From positions 55,366,001-55,430,000 of the forward strand of contig OZ024741.1 of the NCBI GenBank assembly GCA_964016885.1: a stretch of 64,000 nt of DNA, given 5' to 3'. The position numbers and the translations under genes were made by a program. This document shows, piece by piece, positions 42,201-58,237 of the stretch (positions are counted from its first letter, which is position 1; every line of letters starts with the position of its first letter). The notes under the pieces were generated by a model. It was not told the DNA's origin, did not search any database, and saw only the letters and a program-made list of their open reading frames with translations. The DNA comes from Eledone cirrhosa. Lineage: Eukaryota.

Positions 42201-45200
42201 AATCTTGTCCTTAACTTTCATTAGATAGGAATGGATCTTGTCCTTTACTTTCATTAGATAGGAATGGATCTTGTCTTTAACTTTCATTAGATAGGAATGG
42301 ATTTGTCTTTAACTTTGATTAGATAGGAATGGATCTTGTCCTTAACTTTGATTAGATAGGAATGGATCTTGTCCTCAACTTTGATTAGATAGGAATGGAT
42401 CTTGTCCTTAACTTTGATTAGATAGGAATGTATCTTATCCTCAACTTTCATTAGATAGGAATGGATCTTGTCCTTAACTTTCATTAGATAGGAATGGATC
42501 TTGTCCTTAACTTTCATTAGATAGGAATGGATCTTGTCCTTAACTTTCATTAGATAGGAATGAATCTTGTCCTTAACTTTCATTAGATAGGAATGGATCT
42601 TGTCCTTTACTTTCATTAGATAGGAATGGATCTTGTCCTTAACTTTCATTAGATAGGAATGAATCTTGTCCTTAACTTTCATTAGATAGGAATGGATCTT
42701 GTCCTTAACTTTGATTAGATAGGAATGGATCTTGTCCTTAACTTTGATTAGATAGGAATGGATCTTTTCCTTTACTTTCATTAGTTAGGAATGGATCTTT
42801 TCCTTTACTTTCATTAGATAGGAATGGATCTTGTCCTTAACTTTGATTAGATAGGAATGGATCTTGTCCTTAACTTTGATTAGATAGGAATGGATCTTGT
42901 CCTTAACTTTGATTAGATAGGAATGGATCTTTTCCTTTACTTTCATTAGATAGGAATGGATCTTGTCCTTAACTTTGATTAGATAGGAATGGATCTTTTC
43001 CTTAACTTTGATTAGATAGGAATGGATCTTTTCCTTTACTTTCATTAGATAGGAATGGATATTGTCCTCAATTTTCATTAGATAGGAATGGATCTTTTCC
43101 TTAACTTTCATTAGATAGGAATGGATCTTGTCCTCAATTTTCTTTAGATAGGAATGGATCTTGTCCTTAACTTTCATTAGATAGGAATGGATCTTGTCCT
43201 TAACTTTCATTAGATAGGAATGGATCTTGTCCTTAACTTTCATTAGATAGGAATGGATCTTGTCCTCAATTTTCATTAGATAGGAATGGATCTTTTCCTT
43301 AACTTTCATTAGATAGGAATGGATCTTGTCCTCAATTTTCATTAGATAGGAATGGATCTTGTCCTTAACTTTCATTAGATAGGAATGGATCTTGTCCTTA
43401 ACTTTCATTAGATAGGAATGGATCTTGTCCTTAACTTTCATTAGATAGGAATGGATCTTGTCCTTAACTTTGATTAGATAGGAATGGATCTTGTCCTTAA
43501 CTTTGATTAGATAGGAATGAATCTTGTCCCTAACTTTGATTAGATAGGAATGGATCTTGTCCTTAACTTTGATTAGATAGGAATGGATCTTGTCCTTAAC
43601 TTTCATTAGATAGGAATGGATCTTGTCCTTAACTTTGATTAGATAGGAATGGATCTTGTCCTCAACTTTGATTAGATAGGAATGGATCTTGTCCTTAACT
43701 TTCATTAGATAGGAATGGATCTTGTCCTTAACTTTGATTAGATAGGAATGGATCTTGTCCTCAACTTTCATTAGATAGGAATGGATCTTGTCCTTAACTT
43801 TCATTAGATAGGAATGGATCTTGTCCTTAACTTTGATTAGATAGGAATGGATCTTGTCCTTAACTTTCATCAGATAGGAATGGATCTTGTCCTTAACTTT
43901 CATCAGATAGGAATGGATCTTTTCCTCAACTTTCATTAGATAGGAATGGATCTTGTCCTTAACTTTGATTAGATAGGAATGGATCTTGTCCTTAACTTTC
44001 ATTAGATAGGAATGGATCTTTTCCTCAACTTTCATTAGATAGGAATGGATCTTGTCCTTAACTTTGATAAGATAGGAATGGATCTTCTCCTTAACTTTGA
44101 TTAGATAGGAATGGATCTTGTCCTTAACTTTGATTAGATAGGAATGGATCTTGTCCTTAACTTTGATTAGATAGGAATGGATCTTGTCCTTAACTTTGAT
44201 TAGATAGGAATGGATCTTGTCCTTAACTTTGATTAGATAGGAATGGATCTTGTCCTCTACTTTGATTAGATAGGAATGGATCTTGTCCTTAACTTTGATT
44301 AGATAGGAATGGATCTTGTGCTTAACTTTCATTAGATAGGAATGGATCTTGTCCTTAACTTTGATTAGATAGTAATGGATCTTGTACTCAATTTTCATTA
44401 GATAGGAATGGATCTTTTCCTTTACTTTCATTAGATAAGAATGGATCTTGTCCTTAACTTTGATTAGATAGGAATGGATCTTTTCCTCAACTTTCATTAG
44501 ATAGGAATGGATCTTGTCCTTAACTTTCATTAGATAGGAATGGATCTTGTCCTTAACTTTGATTAGTTAGGAATGGATCTTGTCCTTAACTTTCATTAGA
44601 TAGGAATGGATCTTTTCCTCAACTTTCATTAGATAGGAATGGATCTTGTCCTTAACTTTCATTAGATAGGAATGGATCTTGTCCTTAACTTTCATTAGAT
44701 AGGAATGGATCTTGTCCTTAACTTTCATTAGATAGGAATGGATCTTTTCCTCAACTTTCATTAGATAGGAATGGATCTTGTCCTCTAATTTCATTAGATA
44801 GGAATGGATCTTGTCCTCAACTTTCATTAGATAGGAATGGATCTTGTCTTTAACTTTGATTAGATAGGAATGGACCTTGTCCTTAACTTTGATTAGATAG
44901 GAATGGATCTTGTCTTTAACTTTGATTAGATAGGAATGGATCTTGTCCTTAACTTTGATTAGATAGGAATGGATCTTGTCCTTAACTTTAATTAGATAGG
45001 AATGGATCTTGTCCTTAACGTTGATTAGATAGGAATGAATCTTGTCCTTAACTTTGATTAGATAGGAATGGATCTTGTCCTTAACTTTGATTTGATAGGA
45101 ATGGATCTTGTCCTTAACTTTCACTAGATAGGAATGGATCTTGTCCTTAACTTTGATTAGATAGGAATGGATCTTGTCCTTAACTATCATTAGATAGGAA

Positions 45201-48200
45201 TGGATATTGTCCTCAAGTTTGATTAGATAGGAATGGATATTGTCCTCAACTTTCATTAGATAGGAATGGATCTTGTCCTCAACTTTGATTAGATAGGAAT
45301 GGATCTTGTCCTCAACTTTCATTAGATAGGAATGGATCTTGTCCTTTACTTTCATTAGATAGGAATGGATCTTGTCCTTAACTTTGATTAGATAGGAATG
45401 GATCTTGTCCTTAACTTTGATTAGATAGGAATGGATCTTGTCCTTAACTTTGATTAGATAGGAATGGATCTTGTCCTTTACTTTCATTAGATAGGAATGG
45501 ATCTTGTCCTCAACTTTGATTAGATAGGAATGGATCTTGTCCTAAACTTTGATTAGATAGGAATGGATCTTGTCCTTAACTTTCATTAGATAGGAATGGA
45601 TCTTGTCCTCAACTTTGATTAGATAGGAATGGATCTTGTCCTTAACTTTGATTAGATAGGAATGGATCTTGTCCTTAACTTTGATTAGATAGGAATGGTT
45701 CTTGTCTTTAACTTTGATTAGATAGGAATGGATCTTGTCCTTAACTTTCATTAGATAGGAATGGATCTTGTCCTTAACTTTCATTAGATAGGAATGGATC
45801 TCGTCCTTAACTTTGATTAGATAGGAATGGATCTTGTCCTTTACTTTCATTATATAGGAATGGATCTTGTCCTTAACTTTGATTAGATAGGAATGGATCT
45901 TGTCCTTAACTTTCATTAGATAGGAATGAATCTTGTCCTTAACTTTCATTAGATAGGAATGGATCTTGTCCTTTACTTTCATTAGATAGGAATGGATCTT
46001 GTCTTTAACTTTCATTAGATAGGAATGGATTTGTCTTTAACTTTGATTAGATAGGAATGGATCTTGTCCTTAACTTTGATTAGATAGGAATGGATCTTGT
46101 CCTCAACTTTGATTAGATAGGAATGGATCTTGTCCTTAACTTTGATTAGATAGGAATGTATCTTATCCTCAACTTTCATTAGATAGGAATGGATCTTGTC
46201 CTTAACTTTCATTAGATAGGAATGGATCTTGTCCTTAACTTTCATTAGATAGGAATGGATCTTGTCCTTAACTTTCATTAGATAGGAATGAATCTTGTCC
46301 TTAACTTTCATTAGATAGGAATGGATCTTGTCCTTTACTTTCATTAGATAGGAATGGATCTTGTCCTTAACTTTCATTAGATAGGAATGAATCTTGTCCT
46401 TAACTTTCATTAGATAGGAATGGATCTTGTCCTTTACTTTCATTAGATAGGAATGGATCTTGTCCTTTACTTTCATTAGATAGGAATGGATCTTGTCCTT
46501 TACTTTCATTAGATAGGAATGGATCTTGTCCTTAACTTTCATTAGATAGGAATGGATCTTGTCCTTAACTTTCATTAGATAGGAATGGATCTTGTCCTTA
46601 ACTTTCATTAGATAGGAATGAATCTTGTCCTTAACTTTCATTAGATAGGAATGGATCTTGTCCTTTACTTTCATTAGATAGGAATGGATCTTGTCTTTAA
46701 CTTTGATTAGATAGGAATGGATTTGTCTTTAACTTTGATTAGATAGGAATGGATCTTGTCCTTAACTTTGATTAGATAGGAATGGATCTTGTCCTCAACT
46801 TTGATTAGATAGGAATGGATCTTGTCCTTAACTTTGATTAGATAGGAATGTATCTTATCCTCAACTTTCATTAGATAGGAATGGATCTTGTCCTTAACTT
46901 TCATTAGATAGGAATGGATCTTGTCCTTTACTTTCATTAGATAGGAATGGATCTTGTCCTCAACTTTGATTAGATAGGAATGGATCTTGTCTTTAACTTT
47001 GATTAGATAGGAATGGATCTTGTCCTTAACTTTCATTAGATAGGAATGGATCTTGTCCTTAACTTTGATTAGATAGGAATGGATCTTGTCCTTAACTTTC
47101 ATTAGATAGGAATGGATCTTGTCCTTAACTTTGATTAGATAGGAATGGATCTTGTCCTTAACTTTCATTAGATAGGAATGGATCTTGTTCTCAACTTTGA
47201 TTAGATAGGACTGGATCTTGTCCTCAACTTTCATTAGATAGGAATGGATCTTGTCCTCAACTTTGATTAGATAGGAATGGATCTTGTCCTCAACTTTCAT
47301 TAGATAGGAATGGATCTTGTCCTCTACTTTGATTAGATAGGAATGGATCTTGTCCTTAACTTTCATTAGATAGGAATGGATCTTGTCCTTAAGTTTGATT
47401 AGATAGGAATGGATCTTGTCCTTAACTTTGATTAGATAGGAATGGATCTTGTCCTCTACTTTGATTAGATAGGAATGGATCTTGTCCTCAACTTTCATTA
47501 GATAGGAATGGATCTTGTCCTTAACTTTGATTAGATAGGAATGGATCTTGTCCTCAACTTTCATTAGATAGGAATGGATCTTGTCCTTAACTTTGATTAG
47601 ATAGGAATGGATCTTGTCCTTAACTTTCATTAGATAGGAATGGATCTTGTCCTTAACTTTGATTAGATAGAAATGGATCTTGTCCTTAACTTTCATTAGA
47701 TAGGAATGGATCTTGTCCTCAACTTTCATTAAATAGGAATGGATCTTGTCCTTAACTTTGATTAGATAGGAATGGATCTTGTCCTTAACTTTGATTAGAT
47801 AGGAATGGATCTTGTCCTTAACTTTGATTAGATAGGAATGGATCTTGTCCTTAACTTTGATTAGATAGGAATGGATCTTTTACTTTACTTTCATTAGATA
47901 GGAATGGATCTTGTCCTCAACTTTGATTAGATAGGAATGGATCTTGTCCTTAACTTTGATTAGATAGGAATGGATCTTTTCCTTAACTTTGATTAGATAG
48001 GAATGGATCTTTTCCTTTACTTTCATTAGATAGGAATGGATCTTGTCCTCAATTTTCATTAGATAGGAATGGATCTTGTCCTTAACTTTCATTAGATAGG
48101 AATGGATCTTGTCCTTAACTTTCATTAGATAGGAATGGATCTTTTCCTTAACTTTCATTAGATAGGAATGGATCTTGTCCTCAATTTTCATTAGATAGGA

Positions 48201-51200
48201 ATGGATCTTGTCCTTAACTTTCATTAGATAGGAATGGATCTTGTCCTTAACTTTCATTAGATAGGAATGGATCTTGTCCTTAACTTTCATTAGATAGGAA
48301 TGGATCTTGTCCTTAACTTTGATTAGATAGGAATGGATCTTGTCCTTAACTTTGATTAGATAGGAATGAATCTTGTCCCTAACTTTGATTAGATAGGAAT
48401 GGATCTTGTCCTTAACTTTGATTAGATAGGAATGGATCTTGTCCTTAACTTTCATTAGATAGGAATGGATCTTGTCCTTAACTTTGATTAGATAGGAATG
48501 GATCTTGTCCTCAACTTTGATTAGATAGGAATGGATCTTGTCCTTAACTTTCATTAGATAGGAATGGATCTTGTCCTTAACTTTGATTAGATAGGAATGG
48601 ATCTTGTCCTCAACTTTCATTAGATAGGAATGGATCTTGTCCTTAACTTTCATTAGATAGGAATGGATCTTGTCCTTAACTTTGATTAGATAGGAATGGA
48701 TCTTGTCCTTAACTTTCATCAGATAGGAATGGATCTTGTCCTTAACTTTCATCAGATAGGAATGGATCTTTTCCTCAACTTTCATTAGATAGGAATGGAT
48801 CTTGTCCTTAACTTTGATTAGATAGGAATGGATCTTGTCCTTAACTTTCATTAGATAGGAATGGATCTTTTCCTCAACTTTCATTAGATAGGAATGGATC
48901 TTGTCCTTAACTTTGATAAGATAGGAATGGATCTTCTCCTTAACTTTGATTAGATAGGAATGGATCTTGTCCTTAACTTTGATTAGATAGGAATGGATCT
49001 TGTCCTTAACTTTGATTAGATAGGAATGGATCTTGTCCTTAACTTTGATTAGATAGGAATGGATCTTGTCCTTAACTTTGATTAGATAGGAATGGATCTT
49101 GTCCTCTACTTTGATTAGATAGGAATGGATCTTGTCCTTAACTTTGATTAGATAGGAATGGATCTTGTGCTTAACTTTCATTAGATAGGAATGGATCTTG
49201 TCCTTAACTTTGATTAGATAGTAATGGATCTTGTACTCAATTTTCATTAGATAGGAATGGATCTTTTCCTTTACTTTCATTAGATAGGAATGGATCTTGT
49301 CCTTAACTTTGATTAGATAGGAATGGATCTTTTCCTCAACTTTCATTAGATAGGAATGGATCTTGTCCTTAACTTTCATTAGATAGGAATGGATCTTGTC
49401 CTTAACTTTGATTAGTTAGGAATGGATCTTGTCCTTAACTTTCATTAGATAGGAATGGATCTTTTCCTCAACTTTCATTAGATAGGAATGGATCTTGTCC
49501 TTAACTTTCATTAGATAGGAATGGATCTTGTCCTTAACTTTCATTAGATAGGAATGGATCTTGTCCTTAACTTTCATTAGATAGGAATGGATCTTTTCCT
49601 CAACTTTCATTAGATAGGAACGGATCTTGTCCTCTAATTTCATTAGATAGGAATGGATCTTGTCCTCAACTTTCATTAGATAGGAATGGATCTTGTCTTT
49701 AACTTTGATTAGATAGGAATGGACCTTGTCCTTAACTTTGATTAGATAGGAATGGATCTTGTCCTTTACTTTCATTAGATAGGAATGGATCTTGTCCTCA
49801 ACTTTGATTAGATAGGAATGGATCTTGTCCTAAACTTTGATTAGATAGGAATGGATCTTGTCCTTAACTTTCATTAGATAGGAATGGATCTTGTCCTCAA
49901 CTTTGATTAGATAGGAATGGATCTTGTCCTCAACTTTCATTAGATAGGAATGGATCTTGTCCTTTACTTTCATTAGATAGGAATGGATCTTGTCCTTAAC
50001 TTTGATTAGATAGGAATGGATCTTGTCCTTAACTTTGATTAGATAGGAATGGATCTTGTCCTTAACTTTGATTAGATAGGAATGGATCTTGTCCTTTACT
50101 TTCATTAGATAGGAATGGATCTTGTCCTCAACTTTGATTAGATAGGAATGGATCTTGTCCTAAACTTTGATTAGATAGGAATGGATCTTGTCCTTAACTT
50201 TCATTAGATAGGAATGGATCTTGTCCTCAACTTTGATTAGATAGGAATGGATCTTGTCCTCAACTTTGATTAGATAGGAATGGATCTTGTCCTTAACTTT
50301 GATTAGATAGGAATGGTTCTTGTCTTTAACTTTGATTAGATAGGAATGGATCTTGTCCTTAACTTTCATTAGATAGGAATGGATCTTGTCCTTAACTTTC
50401 ATTAGATAGGAATGGATCTTGTCCTTAACTTTGATTAGATAGGAATGGATCTTGTCCTTTACTTTCATTAGATAGGAATGGATCTTGTCCTTAACTTTGA
50501 TTAGATAGGAATGGATCTTGTCCTTAACTTTCATTAGATAGGAATGAATCTTGTCCTTAACTTTCATTAAATAGGAATGGATCTTGTCCTTTACTTTCAT
50601 TAGATAGGAATGGATCTTGTCTTTAACTTTGATTAGATAGGAATGGATCTTGTCCTTAACTTTGATTAGATAGGAATGGATCTTGTCCTCAACTTTGATT
50701 AGATAGGAATGGATCTTGTCCTTAACTTTGATTAGATAGGAATGTATCTTATCCTCAACTTTCATTAGATAGGAATGGATCTTGTCCTTAACTTTCATTA
50801 GATAGGAATGGATCTTGTCCTTTACTTTCATTAGATAGGAATGGATCTTGTCCTCAACTTTGATTAGATAGGAATGGATCTTGTCTTTAACTTTGATTAG
50901 ATAGGAATGGATCTTGTCCTTAACTTTCATTAGATAGGAATGGATCTTGTCCTTAACTTTGATTAGATAGGAATGGATCTTGTCCTTAACTTTCATTAGA
51001 TAGGAATGGATCTTGTCCTTAACTTTGATTAGATAGGAATGGATCTTGTCCTTAACTTTCATTAGATAGGAATGGATCTTGTTCTCAACTTTGATTAGAT
51101 AGGACTGGATCTTGTCCTCAACTTTCATTAGATAGGAATGGATCTTGTCCTCAACTTTGATTAGATAGGAATGGATCTTGTCCTCAACTTTCATTAGATA

Positions 51201-54200
51201 GGAATGGATCTTGTCCTTAACTTTCATTAGATAGGAATGGATCTTGTCCTCTACTTTGATTAGATAGGAATGGATCTTGTCCTTAACTTTCATTAGATAG
51301 GAATGGATCTTGTCCTTAAGTTTGATTAGATAGGAATGGATCTTGTCCTTAACTTTGATTAGATAGGAATGGATCTTGTCCTCTACTTTGATTAGATAGG
51401 AATGGATCTTGTCCTCAACTTTCATTAGATAGGAATGGATCTTGTCCTTAACTTTGATTAGATAGGAATGGATCTTGTCCTCAACTTTCATTAGATAGGA
51501 ATGGATCTTGTCCTTAACTTTGATTAGATAGGAATGGATCTTGTCCTTAACTTTCATTAGATAGGAATGGATCTTGTCCTTAACTTTGATTAGATAGGAA
51601 TGGATCTTGTCCTTAACTTTCATTAGATAGGAATGGATCTTGTCCTCAACTTTCATTAGATAGGAATGGATCTTGTCCTTAACTTTGATTAGATAGGAAT
51701 GGATCTTGTCCTTAACTTTGATTAGATAGGAATGGATCTTGTCCTTAACTTTGATTAGATAGGAATGGATCTTGTCCTTAACTTTGATTAGATAGGAATG
51801 GATCTTTTACTTTACTTTCATTAGATAGGAATGGATCTTGTCCTCAACTTTGATTAGATAGGAATGGATCTTGTCCTTAACTTTGATTAGATAGGAATGG
51901 ATCTTGTCCTCTACTTTGATTAGATAGGAATGGATCTTGTCCTCAACTTTCATTAGATAGGAATGGATCTTGTCCTTAACTTTCATTAGATAGGAATGGA
52001 TCTTGTCCTTAACTTTCATTAGATAGGAATGGATCTTGTCCTTAACTTTGATTAGATAGGAATGGATCTTGTCCTTAACTTTGATTAGATAGGAATGGAT
52101 CTTGTCCTCAACTTTGATTAGATAGGAATGGATCTTGTCCTTAACTTTGATTAGATAGGAATGGATCTTGTCCTTAACTTTCATTAGATAGGAATGGATC
52201 TTGTCCTTAACTTTGATTAGATAGGAATGGATCTTGTCCTTAACTTTGATTAGATAGGAATGGATCTTGTCCTTAACTTTCATTAGATAGGAATGGATCT
52301 TTTCCTTTACTTTCATTAGATAGGAATGGATCTTGTCCTCAACTTTGATTAGATAGGAATGGATCTTGTCCTTAACTTTCATTAGATAGGAATGGATCTT
52401 GTCCTTAACTTTGATTAGATAGGAATGGATCTTGTCCTTAACATTCATTAGATAGGAATGGATCTTGTCCTTAACTTTCATTAGATAGGAATGGATCTTG
52501 TCCTTAAATTTCATTAGATAGGAATGGATCTTGTCCTTAACTTTCATTAGATAGGAATGGATCTTGTCCTCAACTTTGATTAGATAGGAATGGATCTTGT
52601 CCTTAACTTTCATTAGATAGGAATGGATCTTGTCCTTAACTTTCATTAGATAGGAATGGATCTTGTCCTTAACTTTGATTAGATAGGAATGGATCTTGTC
52701 CTTAACTTTCATTAGATAGGAATGGATCTTGTCCTTAACTTTGATTAGATAGGAATGGATCTTGTCCTTAACTTTCATTAGATAGGAATGGATCTTGTCC
52801 TTAACTTTCATTAGATAGAAATGGATCTTGTCCTTAACTTTCATTAGATAGGAATGGATCTTTTCTTTAACTTTGATTAGATAGGAATGGATCTTGTCCT
52901 TAACTTTCATTAGATAGGAATGGATCTTGTCCTTAACTTTCATTAGATAGGAATGGATCTTGTCCTTAACTTTCATTAGATAGTAATGGATCTTGTCCTT
53001 AACTTTGATTAGATAGGAATGGATCTTGTCCTTAACTTTCATTAGATAGGAATGGATCTTGTCCTTAACTTTCATTAGATAGGAATGTATCTTGTCCTTA
53101 ACTTTCATTAGATAGGAATGGATCTTGTCCTTAACTTTGATTAGATAGGAATGGATCTTGTCCTTAACTTTCATTAGATAGGAATGGATCTTGTCCTTAA
53201 CTTTCATTAGATAGGAATGGATCTTGTCCTTAACTTTGATTAGATAGGAATGGATCTTGTCCTTAACTTTCATTAGATAGGAATGGATCTTGTCCTTAAC
53301 TTTGATTAGATAGGAATGGATCTTGTCCTTAACTTTCATTAGATAGGAATGGATCTTGTCCTTAACTTTGATTAGATAGGAATGGATCTTGTCCTTAACT
53401 TTGATTAGATAGGAATGGATCTTGTCCTTAACTTTCATTAGATAGGAATGGATCTTGTCCTTAACTTTCATTAGATAGGAATGGATCTTTTCCTTTACTT
53501 TCATTAGATAGGAATGGATCTTGTACTCAACTTTGATTAGATAGGAATGGATCTTGTCCTTAACTTTGATTAGATAGGAATGGATCTTGTCCTTAACTTT
53601 GATTAGATAGGAATGGATCTTGTCCTCAACTTTGATTAGATAGGAATGGATCTTGTCCTTAACTTTCATTAGATAGGAATGGATCTTGTCCTTAACTTTC
53701 ATTAGATAGGAATGGATCTTGTCCTTAACTTTGATTAGATAGGAATGGATCTTGTCCTTAACTTTCATTAGATAGGAATGGATCTTGTCCTCAATTTTCA
53801 TTAGATAGGAATGGATCATTTCCTTTACTTTCATTAGATAGGAATGGATCTTGTCCTCAACTTTCATTAGATAGGAATGGATCTTGTCCTTAACTTTCAT
53901 TAGATAGGAATGGATCTTGTCCTTAACTTTGATTAGATAGGAATGGATCTTGTCCTTAACTTTCATCAGATAGGAATGGATCTTTTCCTCAACTTTCATT
54001 AGATAGGAATGGATCTTGTCCTTAACTTTGATTAGATAGGAATGGATCTTGTCCTTAACTTTCATTAGATAGGAATGGATCTTTTCCTCAACTTTCATTA
54101 GATAGGAATGGATCTTGTCCTTAACTTTCATTAGATAGGAATGGATCTTGTCCTTAACTTTGATTAGATAGGAATGGATCTTGTCCTCAATTTTCATTAG

Positions 54201-55185
54201 ATAGGAATGGATCTTTTCCTTTACTTTCATTAGATAGGAATGGATCTTGTCCTTAACTTTGATTAGATAGGAATGGATCTTGTCCTTAACTTTGATTATA
54301 TAGGAATGGATCTTGTCCTTAACTTTCATTAGATAGGAATGGATCTTGTCCTTAACTTTGATTAGATAGGAATGGATCTTGTCCTCAACTTTGATTAGAT
54401 AGGAATGGATCTTGTCCTCAACTTTGATTAGATAGGAATGGATCTTGTCCTCAACTTTGATTAGATAGGAATGGATCTTGTCCTTAACTTTGATTAGATA
54501 GGAATGGATCTTGTCCTCAACTTTGATTAGATAGGAATGGATCTTGTCCTTAACTTTGATTAGATAGGAATGGATCTTGTCCTTAACTTTCATTCGATAG
54601 GAATGGATCTTGTCCTCAACTTGGATTAGATAGGAATGGATTTTGTCCTCAACTTTGATTAGATAGGAATGGATCTTGTCCTTAACTTTGATTAGATAGG
54701 AATGGATCTTGTCCTTTACTTTCATTAGATAGGAATGGATCTTGTCCTTAACTTTGATTAGATAGGAATGGATTTTGTCCTCAACTTTGATTAGATAGGA
54801 ATGGATCTTGTCCTTAACTTTCATTAGATAGGAATTGATCTTGTCCTTTACTTTCATTAGATAGGAATGGATCTTGTCCTTAACTTTGATTAGATCGGAA
54901 TGGATCTTGTCCTCAACTTTGATTAGATAGGAATGGATCTTGTCCTTAACTTTCATTAGATAGGAATGGATCTTGTCCTTAACTTTGATTAGATAGGAAT
55001 GGATCTTGTCTTTAACTTTCATTAGATAGGAATGGATCTTGTCCTTAACTTTCATTAGATAGGAATGGATCTTGTCCTTAACTTTGATTAGATAGGAATG
55101 GATCTTGTCCTTAACTTTGATTAGATAGGAATGGATCTTGTCCTTAACTTTCATTAGATAGGAATGGATCTTGTCCTCTACTTTG
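33247..55185. repeat. 33-bp satellite, about 665 copies, with higher-order segmental duplications
   Basis: Consensus AGATAGGAATGGATCTTGTCCTTAACTTT(G/C)ATT; runs of rare variants recur at a 3728-bp offset. Confidence 0.98.
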
Positions 55186-55197
55186 GTTTAGCTGCTA

Positions 55198-55378
55198 TTA
55201 TTAGTGGCAGTATAGAGGGTCGGACGCCTTGCTTTGACGCATAGAGGTAATGCCCTTGCCATTCTGAGTTCAAATCGCGCCGAAGTTAACTTTGCCTTTT
55301 ATCCTTACGGGGTCGTTAAAATAAAGTACCAGTAATACACTGCGTAATTGCTGGCCTTGTGCTAAAATTAGAAACATC
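55198..55378 (+). mobile_element. Near-full-length tRNA-derived SINE
   Basis: A-box-like TAGTGGCAGTATAG, B box GAGTTCAAATC, and the shared core. Confidence 0.85.
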
Positions 55379-55615
55379 TATTAGAGATATCACAATTCTT
55401 TCTGCTCAGTTATCAAGCAGTCCACAAAGATATGTTAAGTTTTTCACCTCACTATAGTACATATGTGCATCTTTATGGCACACACAAACACACGTAAGCA
55501 CGTGTGTTTGTATGTGTGTGTGTGAAGGTAACACGTCTGTATCTACCTCTTAGTGTACTACGTGTAAATACCTATATAAAAGGGCGTTTATAAACATATG
55601 CATACATGCATATGG

Positions 55616-55736
<121 letters not shown>

Positions 55737-55882
55737 GAGAGTGGGAGAGAGAGAGAGAGAACTAGAGAGAGAGCATATATATGAATATATATGTATACGC
55801 CATGTATATATATATTTATATAGACCATATATATGAATATATATACGCTATATATGTATATATATGGTCGTTTTGGAAGCCT

Positions 55883-55950
<68 letters not shown>

Positions 55951-56407
55951 CATATATATACATATTGTATATAATGTAAAAGTGTGCATATCTATGTCAA
56001 GGGCCCATCTCCACACCCGACTGCCCCCTTGTCTATTTATTTTGTGTTCAGAGTATCATTATAATGTTTATTATCACATCCCTTGTAAAGGGCAACTATA
56101 TTTTTCATCTATACACAGGGCCCTTATTTCAATATACATACATACCTAGATACATATAAACTATTACATATATATATATATATATGTGTGTGTATATATA
56201 TATATATATATACACGTGTATATGTGTGTGTGTTTATGTCTCAAATGCTGTTTATTTATATTTCATGTATCTGTCGCTTTGTAACAAGTTCCGCCCCCCT
56301 CTCCCATTTATCTCTGTCGTCCACACAGGCCGCCATATTTCCCTCGTCTTTCTTCTTTCCCTATTTTCATTTCCCATCAACCTCTCTATCCCCCCCCCCC
56401 TCTATCT

Positions 56408-56463
<56 letters not shown>

Positions 56464-56892
56464 GGTGGCAATGTTTCCATTTTTCTACAGAAAGACGTGT
56501 TAATACGAAGGGTGCTCTTGTGAGAGTTCTTTATTTCATAAAATGTAAACATATATTTGGGGTTCAATCCTAGTTTAATCCAACGTCATATGTATGTGCG
56601 TTTGTACGTGAGTTTTTGTATAAACAAATATATACAAATATATACACACATATATATATACATATATATACATACATATATATATATATATATATATTCT
56701 CCCAGACCGCTCCACACATCTGGGAGTTCATAATGGAAGGTAGCTCATTCGTGTTATTTATGTGAGAGTACTTAATATCCAATGATATTAACACAACGAT
56801 GTCCGTCGTATAAACCCCTACACTACATTAACACATATACACACCCGCTCATCATCATATATGTGTATATATTATAACTATAGATAGATATA

Positions 56893-56923
<31 letters not shown>

Positions 56924-56938
56924 GTATATATATATATG

Positions 56939-56982
<44 letters not shown>

Positions 56983-56984
56983 TA

Positions 56985-57075
<91 letters not shown>

Positions 57076-57227
57076 ATGTGTATGTATTATATATATATAT
57101 ATATATAATATTAATAATAAGAACAGTGTTGTTATCATTGAGTATGAACTTTAGCAGAGGAATAAACTTTTAGCTCGATGCAATGGGGTTGACGTAGAGC
57201 TGATATATAAATATTAAATGTTTATAT

Positions 57228-57920
57228 ATATAATATTAATAAATGGAAAATATCTTTATAAAACCATATTTATTTTATTATAAGTATTTCAAGGGTACTA
57301 ATATTTAAGTACGCTTTCGTCAGATAAAATATAATAATTGGTGTAAAGATAGTGACATATAAGTGACATTATAATTCTCGCCTAAATATTATAAACACTT
57401 TCATATTCTTAAAATATATCAATAAATAAATATAATTTTATCATTCTTTCTATACCCATGTAAATATTTTTGGATGTAAATACGCATATTTCTATGAATA
57501 ATTCTAAAACAACTCTGCAATATTTAATAGCAATCCCTTTAAAAAGATTTAGATAAATATTTAAAATATATCTAGCGTCTAAACTTGACGGATCTTTTCA
57601 GTTATAACATTATCCTCATTAGCATATTTCACCTGAGTCTTGAAAAATGATATTCACTATCTTCAATGAACTTATAACATGAAGTTCACATGAAGATATG
57701 TCACTATCTTTACATCAATTATTGTATTTTATCTGACGAAAGCGTACTTAAATATTGGTACCCTTGAAATACGTATAATAAAATAAATATGGTTTTATAA
57801 AGATATTTTCCATTTATTAATATTATTGATATTAATGTTACTCCGGATAAAACCGTTGAGTGCTTCTAATCTATTGTAAAATTAACTTTGTTGAATAATC
57901 AACAAACCAATTAACTCATT

Positions 57921-57925
<5 letters not shown>
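57228..57925. mobile_element. Foldback insertion with spacer; HHR at 57725-57785 (+)
   Basis: ~57230-57360 is the inverted copy of ~57696-57826; tattttat CTGACGA...GAAA tacgta TA ataaaata. Confidence 0.85.
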
Positions 57926-57960
<35 letters not shown>

Positions 57961-58059
57961 TAATATCATGGAATATTTACTGCAGTTATCTATTGAGTGC
58001 TCTAAATCAGTTATAAACATTTATGTTTGTCGGAATTCCAACAAATTAAATATAACTTC

Positions 58060-58156
<97 letters not shown>

Positions 58157-58237
58157 GAAGTAAGTCCGTCGGAAAGGTCCTGAAAAAAAGTGTGCTCTAT
58201 GTAGGTTACAGAGCTTATTAGTTATGTAATAAACAAC

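Noticed and set aside
33114-55154. Very long minus-strand ORFs (KVKDKIHSYLI)n
   Set aside because: A 33-bp unit with one stop-free frame produces these automatically. The array contains stops and 1-bp indels that are themselves duplicated, and the common variants change amino acids.
33247-55185. CRISPR-like array, given the 33-bp repeat length
   Set aside because: No unique spacers, no cas genes, eukaryotic context.
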